Assembly (NCBI GenBank): GCA_043806035.1 | Contig: JAZDHK010000001.1 | Location: 70,138 to 134,137, forward strand | Source: an archaeon | GTDB taxonomy: Archaea > Nanobdellota > Nanobdellia > Woesearchaeales > UBA9642 | Length of the DNA stretch: 64,000 bases | Direction: 5' to 3' | Shown: positions 28,388 to 37,459 of the stretch, piece by piece | Numbering within the stretch: position 1 is the stretch's first letter | Layout: the number at the start of each line of letters is the position of its first letter | Position numbers and translations under genes: made by a program | The notes under the pieces: generated by a model | What the model saw: only the letters and a program-made list of their open reading frames with translations | Told to the model about the DNA's origin: nothing | Database searches by the model: none

Positions 28388-30792
28388 CGCTCCGCCTGCA
28401 GCTGCGCGTGCTACTCTTCCTGACAGTGCTCTTGCTGTTCTCATTCCAGGTGATGGCCACGGAAGTACATTGCAACAATCTCGACCGCGGTATGAACCGT
28501 TTTGGCTTCGCTATCGATGGCGTGCCCTTTGAGGAGCAGTTCTACGCAAAAGAAGGAGACTACTGCTCTGGCGATGTACTGTATGAACATCGTTGCAGTG
28601 AGGAGAGCGGTACACAGGATATCTATCCTCCCGGATGGGGTCCGGGCGGAACACCCGTGTATGATGATTATTGGATAGAGATTGATTGCAGCATGTTCGA
28701 TACGGATCAAGTACAGTTCCATTGTGTTCAGTATGCGTTTGAAAAAATGCAAATCGGCACGGGAGCAATAAGAGAGGCTATTGCCGCTCGTTGCGAACCG
28801 AATGTTGCCGCCTGCATCGATACAGAAGTCGGTCGAGATCCGACATTCCCAGGAACGGTGACCGGCTACGCTCCCGCCACCACGGCATACAGTCAAGGAG
28901 TGACCACAGGCACGCTGTTTACGAACCAGCAAGATTTTTGCGGCGGCGTCCAGAACGATAACTTGATGGAGCTCTCGTGTGACGATGAGTATATCAGCCC
29001 CGTCCCTAGTGCGTGGAGAGTGGTCAGTGGACAGGATGTTCCCCCAACGGGCATGGTCAATGCGTCACATCATTATAGCGAGGCACAGCAAGGCTACGTT
29101 TTGGAGCCGGACAGCTGCCTTGGCATATCTGACTTTTATGGCGCGTGCCAGGACGGTGCCTGCACGTACTTCGGCGACCGCTGCGTCGACATGGATTCTG
29201 GCCACGTGTACGGGACGAAAGCGACGGCGATGGGCATTGTCATCTCCCCTGCTCAGCAAATGGAGGATGAAGAACCTCTCGATGATTGGACAGCAGCGAC
29301 TGACACGTTCGTCTACTACCACTACAAAGGATCAATCGACAATACGTACATGACCGAAGTAACTGACGAGAACAATCATACCACTACCTCGTATACAGAT
29401 AGGGCGGGCAACCTGGTGAAAGTGAGGGATGCCCTGGGCAACGTGTGGAGCTACCAGTACGATCTCATGAACAGGCTCATTCGCATACTCCCTCCAGAAA
29501 ATGCGGCGCAGACAACGTATTCCTACGAGCCAAGAGGGCTGCTCTGGCGCGAGCACGATCCAGAAAAAGAAGTGTTCAACGCCGACGAGGGCTACACGGA
29601 TACAGACGCGTACGAATATGATGCCAACGGCAGACTGATCACGTACACGACCAAGCTGGGAGTCAAGCAATTCTCCTATGATACGCTCAACCGCATAGTA
29701 CAGGTCATGTTCGACCGGGACAATCAAGGGTATGGCGATCCCAACGGTCCAGACCCGAACCTAGTCGTGCTGCGCTACTATTACGATGGTGATGACACGG
29801 GCAAGCTCTGTCTTAACAACAACCAGTACAGCGTGGGCAAGCTCTGCGCAGTCATCCGTTACGCATATCACAATACCTCTCCCGCAATCGACATTGTCCA
29901 GTACGCAAGATCCTTCGGCTATGATCCGCGAGGAAGAATCATCAGCGAATACATAACCATCAGAAACCCGGACAACAGCTACTCTACGCACAACATTTCG
30001 TATACGTACAATGGGATCGACAAAGTAATTGAAGAAGTTGTCGATGGTCAGGAGACCTACACGTATGCATACAACGACCGCGGCCTGCTCGACACGGTGC
30101 AGCTTGATGGTTCGTACCTTGCAGCGTTCACGTATACCCCGAGTGGAGCGGTCAGAGACATCTGGTATGGCAACGAAATTGTCACGAACTACACGTACAC
30201 GCCGAGACAATGGCTGCGTACCATCGATATCGCCGGCTCTCAGAACCTGTTCAGTAGATACTATGTCTATGATAAAGTGGGCAACATGCTCACCATGAAG
30301 GCGGGGCCAGATCAGCATGACCCGCTCCTGGCAACCTACACGTATGACCCGCTCTACCGCCTCACAGAGGTCATCGATCATGAGTATTATGGCAACAGCT
30401 ATGTCTTCACCTATGATGCGCTGGGCAATCGCCTTACGGAGAATCTCGTCGGGCAGTACACGCGGACATTCACCTACGCCACTGCAGAGAACAATCAACT
30501 CATTTCACTACAGCAAGGCCTCCATCTTGATTCCCTGACAGAATTTGCGTATGATGCAGCAGGTTCTCTCATTACCATGACCGGGGGAAATATGCCAACC
30601 CAGTACACGTATGATCCGTATGATAACATGCTCATCGCTGCTGACTTGCAGCAGGATGGAAGTGCGGATATGACCTTCACATATGACGATCAAGGAAGAA
30701 GGATAACAAAGCAAGAATCCGATGGCTACAGCACGTACCTGTATGATGCGTTCGGCAATACCGTTCTTGTGGACACGCTCCGCTGGTTATAG
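28378..30792 (+). CDS. Secreted Cys-rich and YD-repeat (Rhs middle segment) protein
   Basis: GGAGGTGG SD; signal peptide; Cys-rich N-terminal third; YDLMNRL, YDANGRL, YDKVGNM, YDPLYRL, YDALGNR, YDDQGRR; ends YDAFGN without a core. Confidence 0.85.
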   Translation: MHITLRLQLRVLLFLTVLLLFSFQVMATEVHCNNLDRGMNRFGFAIDGVPFEEQFYAKEGDYCSGDVLYEHRCSEESGTQDIYPPGWGPGGTPVYDDYWIEIDCSMFDTDQVQFHCVQYAFEKMQIGTGAIREAIAARCEPNVAACIDTEVGRDPTFPGTVTGYAPATTAYSQGVTTGTLFTNQQDFCGGVQNDNLMELSCDDEYISPVPSAWRVVSGQDVPPTGMVNASHHYSEAQQGYVLEPDSCLGISDFYGACQDGACTYFGDRCVDMDSGHVYGTKATAMGIVISPAQQMEDEEPLDDWTAATDTFVYYHYKGSIDNTYMTEVTDENNHTTTSYTDRAGNLVKVRDALGNVWSYQYDLMNRLIRILPPENAAQTTYSYEPRGLLWREHDPEKEVFNADEGYTDTDAYEYDANGRLITYTTKLGVKQFSYDTLNRIVQVMFDRDNQGYGDPNGPDPNLVVLRYYYDGDDTGKLCLNNNQYSVGKLCAVIRYAYHNTSPAIDIVQYARSFGYDPRGRIISEYITIRNPDNSYSTHNISYTYNGIDKVIEEVVDGQETYTYAYNDRGLLDTVQLDGSYLAAFTYTPSGAVRDIWYGNEIVTNYTYTPRQWLRTIDIAGSQNLFSRYYVYDKVGNMLTMKAGPDQHDPLLATYTYDPLYRLTEVIDHEYYGNSYVFTYDALGNRLTENLVGQYTRTFTYATAENNQLISLQQGLHLDSLTEFAYDAAGSLITMTGGNMPTQYTYDPYDNMLIAADLQQDGSADMTFTYDDQGRRITKQESDGYSTYLYDAFGNTVLVDTLRWL

Positions 30793-30904
30793 AGCTGCAG
30801 CACCCATTTTAGACCTCTCTTGTCGCCGATGGTGGTTGTATTCCTGCAGTAGTTCTTGATTTTTTCGAGCGTGATGGCATGTGCGTATCTTATCGTGTTC
30901 AGCG

Positions 30905-31597
30905 TCATTGGTTACAAAGAGTCTTTGGTGCAGAAACAGATGATTGGTAGCTTTCGCCGATGATGAGTACAGGCGTTCTTGTTTTTGTCTGCGTAAAGAG
31001 GTCCTGCATGGCATCGTAGGGGATGGCAATGCATCCGTACGTCCAATCCTTGCAGGTTGCGCACACTTTTCCCACAAGGTCGTGCGGGATGGTGTGGATA
31101 CCTATCTCTCCGCCAAGACCAGTATACCAATCGTACGAACCTTCTACGAGTTTCTTCTTGATGCGATCTGCTTCCTTCTTGGTGATGACGCCTTCTTGCA
31201 AGCCACGTTCTGCATCTTCAGCGTTGGGGTAGCTGATGCCGAGGAACCAACTGTATTCACTCTTGTCGTTTTTTGTGCAAATAAAATATTCTCCTTCTGG
31301 CGTGCGCAGATCCCCTTGCCGTTCCTTGCACCCCTCATTGATGCCAAAGACCGCAGGGACGGGATATCCTTCAACGAGTGCTCCTTGTTTATAGAAGTAC
31401 AGTTCACGTCCTTGCTTGTCGATGACGATGGCAGTTCTGTTCTTATTTTTTTCCTTGAAGTCTTCGCGGAGCTTGTCTGCAAGATTTTCAGTTGTGACTG
31501 TTGTTTCTTGGTTGTCTGACAGAGCAGTTGGTGGCATTGTCTCTATTTCTGCGCATAGTGCTACAGTTGCCAGAAGTATGCTCAGCATTCTTTTCAT
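30905..31597 (-). CDS. Secreted YkuD-family L,D-transpeptidase-like protein (DpaA/YafK-like)
   Basis: Signal peptide; KERQGDLRTPEG, ISYPN, GGEIGIH...WTYGCIA. Confidence 0.85.
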   Translation of the reverse strand: MKRMLSILLATVALCAEIETMPPTALSDNQETTVTTENLADKLREDFKEKNKNRTAIVIDKQGRELYFYKQGALVEGYPVPAVFGINEGCKERQGDLRTPEGEYFICTKNDKSEYSWFLGISYPNAEDAERGLQEGVITKKEADRIKKKLVEGSYDWYTGLGGEIGIHTIPHDLVGKVCATCKDWTYGCIAIPYDAMQDLFTQTKTRTPVLIIGESYQSSVSAPKTLCNQ

Positions 31598-31640
31598 GCA
31601 CTGCAGTGGTTAGGCTCGTTTATAAATGTTTCCTTTTTGT

Positions 31641-31658
31641 AACTACTATTAAATGACT
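31641..31658. promoter_or_regulatory. Recurring 18-bp palindrome
   Basis: AACTACT-ATTA-AATGACT, 14 bp upstream of minus-strand TTTATA. Confidence 0.55.
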
Positions 31659-31663
31659 ACAAA

Positions 31664-32728
31664 TTAAAATTCACCGAGTTTTCGATCCACAATAGTCGTG
31701 TTGCCGCCATACCCTTTGCTCTTTTCGAGCGTGATGAACTTGTCCTCGTCGAGCTTTGCCAGCTTCCGCTGGAAGGTCTTGTAACTCACGTGCCCTCCTG
31801 CGGTCTGGTAACGCTTGTACAATTCCCCTATTTTCTGCCCTGCATTCTTCTTGATGATGTCAAGGATTTTCTGCGTTTCCTCCTCCAGCGCTTCCTTGCT
31901 CTTAATCGTGAATTCGTTGAGTTTTGTTATCGCCTGCCGTGCATGGTCTGCCGTTATTTTCCGCGATGCATGCTCCTCGGCAATGATGCCCGTTTCCTTC
32001 AGTAGGAAGAGCCCCGAACGTATGTCCTTGAGCTGTGCAGTCTTCTGGGCAATGCTCACGAATGCATGCTCTTCCCAAACGTTATCGATAAATGCATAGT
32101 TCATGCGCTGCCTGAGTATTCCTGTCGTCTCTGTCTCATCATACTCGTTGAATGCAATGAGCGTGGGCGTGATCCTGCTCTTGATTCTGTCGTCCAGTTC
32201 GAGTAGCCAGCTCTTGTAATTCGTGATGAGAAGTATGCTCTTCTTGAAGATGTCCTCTGACAGTGTGTAGAGGAAGTCCGTCTCCTCTGCCTTGTCCACT
32301 TCGTCGATGATGAAGATGACCTGTTTCTTGTTCGCAATGTTGGCGAAGATGGAGAAGAGTTCATCCGTCTTCTTGTTCTGCGTGAACATGTACCCTGCCT
32401 GCTCGCATACGTCGACGGCCACCTTGAATGAGGTGTTTTTCTGCCAGCAGTTCACGTACAGCAGGAGCAGCTTGTCCGCGTATTCATCGTGCTCGTCTAG
32501 CTCGCGGAGCAAGTGCTTGCATGCCGCCGTCTTTCCTATGCCTGGCGCGCCATGAATGAGCGCATTCCTGCCATTGTGCCCGGCAAGCAACGGCCTGATG
32601 CAGTTGGCGATCGCCTCCTGTTCCTTCTTCCGATAGGGGATGATCTTGGGAATGAATGAGTAGTCCAGCGAGTACTCATCTTTGAAGAGACTCTCATTAT
32701 TGTGCAGCATATTGTCAAAAATCCCCAT
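31664..32728 (-). CDS. cdc6: Cdc6/Orc1-family AAA+ ATPase
   Basis: YIP..IPYR-like N-terminus, GAPGIGKT Walker A, YVNC, IIDEVD Walker B, LDDRIKSR, DIR sensor. Confidence 0.9.
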   Translation of the reverse strand: MGIFDNMLHNNESLFKDEYSLDYSFIPKIIPYRKKEQEAIANCIRPLLAGHNGRNALIHGAPGIGKTAACKHLLRELDEHDEYADKLLLLYVNCWQKNTSFKVAVDVCEQAGYMFTQNKKTDELFSIFANIANKKQVIFIIDEVDKAEETDFLYTLSEDIFKKSILLITNYKSWLLELDDRIKSRITPTLIAFNEYDETETTGILRQRMNYAFIDNVWEEHAFVSIAQKTAQLKDIRSGLFLLKETGIIAEEHASRKITADHARQAITKLNEFTIKSKEALEEETQKILDIIKKNAGQKIGELYKRYQTAGGHVSYKTFQRKLAKLDEDKFITLEKSKGYGGNTTIVDRKLGEF

Positions 32729-32786
32729 GCTGCGATGCAGGCAGGCCATCTTTAAATAAGTTGTGCTCGCACGGGCTCATACATCA

Positions 32787-33461
32787 TCAGTTTTCCTTGC
32801 GTTTCATGTAATAATAAATCACCATGGACATGATGACGACAGCGACGAAATGTCCGATGAATGAGATGATGATGGAAAGGATTTTTGCTAGACCCATCGG
32901 GCAGATGTCCCCATATCCTACAGAAAAGAAGGTCACGGCAGAGAAATAAAAGTAGTCGTTGCTGATCTGCGGGTCAGTATGTATTCTCTGCGCGTCGAAA
33001 TGGTCATTGCAGGTGCTGTAGGTCAAGTAGCCTTTGTCAACATCAGTGACGATGCTGAAGGAGATGCTGAACAGAAGCAGTAGGCAGAAGATGAACAACG
33101 CATAGCTCGAGAAGAGCACGAACATGTTTCTGGCGTTGAACATGCGCTTGAACGAGTGCGTTGTCGTGTGGATGATGAGCAGTACGAGATAGATGCCCAG
33201 AACGAACGTGAAGATGAATGCCAACAGGCTCGTGGTGCTTGCTGCCTCGGGTAGTGTGCTGCCGAGTGCGATGGTTGCAACGATGAGCCCTATGATGCAG
33301 ATTATTTTGGTGAGCGGCTTGTGGAAGAGAAAATCGCTGATGCGCGTCAGCAATTCCTTATGGTGACGCTTCACATTTATTTTCTTGATGAGTTCTTTGT
33401 GCACTCTCTTAACTTCTCCCTGGATTTCTTCGTGCACGGGAATGATCCTTCGCTTTGCCAT
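32787..33461 (-). CDS. Potassium channel-family protein
   Basis: YFSAVTFFSVGYGDICP pore and selectivity filter flanked by TM helices. Confidence 0.88.
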   Translation of the reverse strand: MAKRRIIPVHEEIQGEVKRVHKELIKKINVKRHHKELLTRISDFLFHKPLTKIICIIGLIVATIALGSTLPEAASTTSLLAFIFTFVLGIYLVLLIIHTTTHSFKRMFNARNMFVLFSSYALFIFCLLLLFSISFSIVTDVDKGYLTYSTCNDHFDAQRIHTDPQISNDYFYFSAVTFFSVGYGDICPMGLAKILSIIISFIGHFVAVVIMSMVIYYYMKRKEN

Positions 33462-33582
33462 GTGCGGATAAGCACGGCAGAGATTTATAAACTTTGCGTA
33501 CGAAAAAATGGTGGGTGAGAACAGCGTATTCATGAAGAATAGTCTAGCAATGCTTATAAATGCAGCTGCATTCTTCTCGACT

Positions 33583-34596
33583 ATGAATGACATCAGCTTT
33601 GGCACGGGCAGCCTGGGGAGGAATGCACTCTTAGAGGAAGTATTGCGGAAGAGCTTGCAGGGCATCTGTCCTGAAGAGATCCTGGATTATGGCGATCCCT
33701 TGGGGTTGCCTGTGTTGCGAGCATATGTTGCAAACGTGCACGGCACTACTCTGGATCATGTGCTTATTGCCAGTTCTGCCCAGCAGGCGCTCAACATGAT
33801 CATGCAGGCGGAAATGCCCCGCAAACTGCTTATCCAGGAACCTGCATTCTTTGGTTTGCTCCGGATCGCCAAAAAAACATATGGCACCACCGTTCCTAGT
33901 ACTATGGATCATCTTGTGGAGAAGCTCATGGTACAGCCGGATCTCGTCTATATCAACAGCAATTTTTACGCACCCTCGGGCGTAAGCGTCCCACAGAAAA
34001 TAAAGGACGCGCTCGCCAAATCAGGAGCGCTCATCGTAGAGGATAATCCGCAAGACCAGTTGTATTATGAACAAAAGCCAACGACCATCTTTGACAAGAA
34101 CAAGCATGGCTATTACGTCAGCGGATTCTCGAAAACACTCAGCCCAGGTCTCAGAATTGCATACATACTTTCCTCGCCGGAACGCATCAGCAGACTGAAA
34201 TCGACAAAAATAACCGAAGACATCTTCACCAGCACACTTGCCCAGAACGTCTGCCTCAACGCACTCCACCAAGACTATCTCGGGGCACTCCGTCATGCAT
34301 TCAGGGAAAAACGCGACCTAGCCATGCAGCTGTTCCACACGGCATTTCCCGAGAATGCATTTCACATCGTCCTTCCCGAGGGAGGCATTTTTCTCGCATT
34401 GCAGCATACGCGCATGAAGGATATTATCGCAGCAGCCAAAGACTATGGGCTACTGCTCGAAGATGACCGCTTCACCTATCTGGATGGGAAGAGCAGGAAC
34501 GTCACTCGCATCAATTTTGTCCAGAACAGCGACGCCGTCCTTGAAGAGGGCGTGCGACGCCTCAAACAGGCGTATGAACACGTCCTGCGGAAGTGA
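33583..34596 (+). CDS. PLP-dependent aminotransferase class I/II (MocR/LysN-like catalytic domain)
   Basis: YGDPLGLPVLR, SSAQQAL, IVEDNP, SGFSKTLSPGLRIA, PEGGIF, RINF. Confidence 0.88.
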   Translation: MNDISFGTGSLGRNALLEEVLRKSLQGICPEEILDYGDPLGLPVLRAYVANVHGTTLDHVLIASSAQQALNMIMQAEMPRKLLIQEPAFFGLLRIAKKTYGTTVPSTMDHLVEKLMVQPDLVYINSNFYAPSGVSVPQKIKDALAKSGALIVEDNPQDQLYYEQKPTTIFDKNKHGYYVSGFSKTLSPGLRIAYILSSPERISRLKSTKITEDIFTSTLAQNVCLNALHQDYLGALRHAFREKRDLAMQLFHTAFPENAFHIVLPEGGIFLALQHTRMKDIIAAAKDYGLLLEDDRFTYLDGKSRNVTRINFVQNSDAVLEEGVRRLKQAYEHVLRK

Positions 34597-34602
34597 GCAC
34601 AC

Positions 34603-36510
34603 ATGCAAGCCATCATCACGAGCGGAGGGACGATTGCGCGTATCGACGACGTGCGCCATCTTGCCAATTTCAGCTCGGGAACGACAGGAGCGCTCATTGC
34701 AGAAGCATTCCTTGCCCAAAACTGGGATGTGCACTACGTGCATGCGCGGCAGGCAAAACGGCCATTCAGGCATAGGCTCGTTCTCAATCCAGACCTGCCA
34801 CTCGATGAGGAACTGGACAGACTAGCAACAACAAAAGCGGTTCTGGTGCGCTACCAGGACAGACTGCACGAGCACGTTTTTGATACGGTCGAAGACTACA
34901 TTGCACAGCTCAAGGAACTCGTTCCTGCAGCGGACGCCGTCATCCTCGCCGCAGCAGTCTCCGACTACAGCCCAGAAACCGTACAGGGCAAGATAAACTC
35001 CGATGCTGACGAGCTTTTGCTGCGCTTGCACAAAAACCAGAAGGTCATCTCGTTCATCAAAGGATGGAATGCGCGCATTTTCCAAGTGGGATTCAAGCTG
35101 ACGAGCAACGCTGGCATCGACACGCTCATCGACACTGCATACAGGCACGGCATCGCCAATCATTCCAACCTCACCGTCGCCAATGACCTTGTTGGTGATG
35201 ATTTTGGGAAAAGAACAACACTTATCATCACACCGGAGAAAGGACTCTATCCCGTCTCTTCTCACGAACTTCCCGCAACACTTACGCAACTTGTCATGCG
35301 AAGAATGTCTAACCAGCACTACACGACCATCCAGACCGAGCAGAAACCAACAATCCCTGACACATTCAAGGACATAACACAAGAGCTCTACCTGCATAAT
35401 TATTTTGAACCCTATTATTACCAAGCCCCTTTCCAGTTCGGCTTTGTCGCCCAACGATATGCAGATGGATTCTTGATAACGGCACGGGCGAGCGACAAGA
35501 AAACCATGCCATCTGAGGACGTGACGTACGTTCGCAACGTTGATCTGGTGAAGAGGCGAGTGGTCAGCAGCGTCGGAAAGAAGCCGAGCCTGAATGCGAA
35601 TGTTGCCGGCGCCATCTTCCAAAAAAGGCCAGACATACACCTGATCGTGCACGCCCATATCTTCCCTGGTCTCGAGAACAAGACGGCAACAGAGTATGCG
35701 CCGGGAACGCAGGAGGACGTGCTGGAAATTGTTCCACGGCTGCTCCACGAGAACGGCGTCGAGCTTCCTCGGCACGGCATCATCGTCCTCGGCAACGACG
35801 TACAGGACATCCTTGCGGAAGTCAAGACAGACAACGTCTACACCACCTTTCCTGCATGGTATGACCTGCTGTACAAGCGATTCTCCGACGACAAGTTCTT
35901 AGCGTACATCAAGAGCCATCTCTCTCCGCAAGCGAGCATCCTCGACCTCGCTGCAGGCACGGGACTGCTGGCAAAGCAGCTCTGGGAGCACGGGTATAGA
36001 AATCTCAGCCTGGCAGACAAGCAGCCTGCCATGCTCGAGCGAGCAAACATCCCCTGTGAGAAATGTATTGTCGACCTGCGCGACGTACACCTTCCTAAGA
36101 GATATGATGCCATCGTGGTTCGCCAAGCAATGAACTATGTCTTGGATGAGCAGCATCTTGTTTCGGCATGCAATGCCCTGTACAAACAGCTCAACGACAA
36201 CGGCGTGCTTATCTTCAATGCGCCAAACTATTATCCGAGAAAGGTTTATCCCGAACGGACACACACGTACGAGAGCGATGGCTATCAGATTACTATAACA
36301 GAAATGAACTATGTGCGGGGAAGAACGCTGACGCACACCCAACGCTGCACCCTGCTGGGAAAGACGGACGTGCAGAAGTTCTATGACTGCAACAGGTTCG
36401 GGCTGTTCACGAAGGACGAGTTCGTTTCTGCATTGCGCGGAGCAGGATTCTCTGTTGCTATCGATGAGACAAGCAAGTCGCTGCTGTTCGTGGCACGTGC
36501 CAAGCGTTGA
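34603..36510 (+). CDS. Fusion of CoaB-like ligase, class II aldolase-like domain and class I SAM methyltransferase
   Basis: ITSGGT...IDDVRHLANFSSG, AAAVSDY, VGFKL; KPSLN...HAH...RHG; ILDLAAGTG. Confidence 0.8.
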   Translation: MQAIITSGGTIARIDDVRHLANFSSGTTGALIAEAFLAQNWDVHYVHARQAKRPFRHRLVLNPDLPLDEELDRLATTKAVLVRYQDRLHEHVFDTVEDYIAQLKELVPAADAVILAAAVSDYSPETVQGKINSDADELLLRLHKNQKVISFIKGWNARIFQVGFKLTSNAGIDTLIDTAYRHGIANHSNLTVANDLVGDDFGKRTTLIITPEKGLYPVSSHELPATLTQLVMRRMSNQHYTTIQTEQKPTIPDTFKDITQELYLHNYFEPYYYQAPFQFGFVAQRYADGFLITARASDKKTMPSEDVTYVRNVDLVKRRVVSSVGKKPSLNANVAGAIFQKRPDIHLIVHAHIFPGLENKTATEYAPGTQEDVLEIVPRLLHENGVELPRHGIIVLGNDVQDILAEVKTDNVYTTFPAWYDLLYKRFSDDKFLAYIKSHLSPQASILDLAAGTGLLAKQLWEHGYRNLSLADKQPAMLERANIPCEKCIVDLRDVHLPKRYDAIVVRQAMNYVLDEQHLVSACNALYKQLNDNGVLIFNAPNYYPRKVYPERTHTYESDGYQITITEMNYVRGRTLTHTQRCTLLGKTDVQKFYDCNRFGLFTKDEFVSALRGAGFSVAIDETSKSLLFVARAKR

Positions 36511-36598
36511 GCATCTCGGAAAGGCGTCTCATCAAGATCCTTCTTAAAATCACCCCTGCACAGTAACATATTTAAATGCGAGTGCATTTTCGGCAGGC

Positions 36599-36982
36599 AT
36601 GACTTCGTTTTTTGAAAGGCGACTTGAACGAAAAATACAGAAGGGGTATGAGCGGGAACAGGAGGAGCTTCGGAAGAAACAGGAGCGGGAAGAACATGAG
36701 AAAATGCTCGACTATTTCTCCAAGGTCACGTTGTATTTTCAGGACAAGGAAGAGTATGAGCAGATGGTCGGTCATACCGTCACTACTCTTGATCTTCCTA
36801 CACAATGCAAATGGGTACACTTTGAACGATGGAATAGGAGTCTGTGGTGCTGTGCAGAGCCGACAGAACTGCAACAGTTTCTGATGGAAAACGGGCTCGA
36901 GGCATTGGTGGCATGCAGAGTTGACGGCAATTATGCCCGTGGCGTGCCTGTCGTTCCGCTACCTGACAAACAAGAAACGTGA
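36599..36982 (+). CDS. Hypothetical protein
   Basis: 127-aa ORF after a TATA box; charged coiled N-terminus. Confidence 0.55.
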   Translation: MTSFFERRLERKIQKGYEREQEELRKKQEREEHEKMLDYFSKVTLYFQDKEEYEQMVGHTVTTLDLPTQCKWVHFERWNRSLWCCAEPTELQQFLMENGLEALVACRVDGNYARGVPVVPLPDKQET

Positions 36983-36984
36983 GC

Positions 36985-37413
36985 TTATTTTAGCATACGA
37001 GATTCGAGCAGTCGCGCATTCTTGAGCGCTGCAGCATACACGTCCTGTGCAGGGATGGGACTGCCGAACATCGTGAACTCATAACTGGGAAAGAAGGAAT
37101 ACTGTTCGCTGTCGGATTCGAACAAGCCATAATCCTCATTGTCAAAAAGACCATTACGGTCAAAATCAACAAAACCAATTAAGTTTTCACCAAGGTTTCC
37201 AGTGAGGACATTGTAGTTTTCCGTCTCCGTGAGCATGAAGCAGTCAACGCTCCGTTCCAAGCGGGATTGTGCCAACTCTTTTTTGTATTGCTTGAAGCGA
37301 GGAGTCTCCCCTTGCTGCATGCTTCCCGAAAAGTAGCTGATGGTCACGATGCCTGCCCCGACGAGAGCTGCCACGCCGAGAATACGTGCGCACTTTTTGA
37401 GCTTTTCTTTCAT
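36985..37413 (-). CDS. Hypothetical membrane-anchored protein
   Basis: N-terminal TM; DFDRNGLFD Ca-binding-like motif. Confidence 0.6.
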   Translation of the reverse strand: MKEKLKKCARILGVAALVGAGIVTISYFSGSMQQGETPRFKQYKKELAQSRLERSVDCFMLTETENYNVLTGNLGENLIGFVDFDRNGLFDNEDYGLFESDSEQYSFFPSYEFTMFGSPIPAQDVYAAALKNARLLESRMLK

Positions 37414-37459
37414 GAAGAGAAGAATGCAGAACGCTATTTAAGTTTTTTCCTTGCAATGA

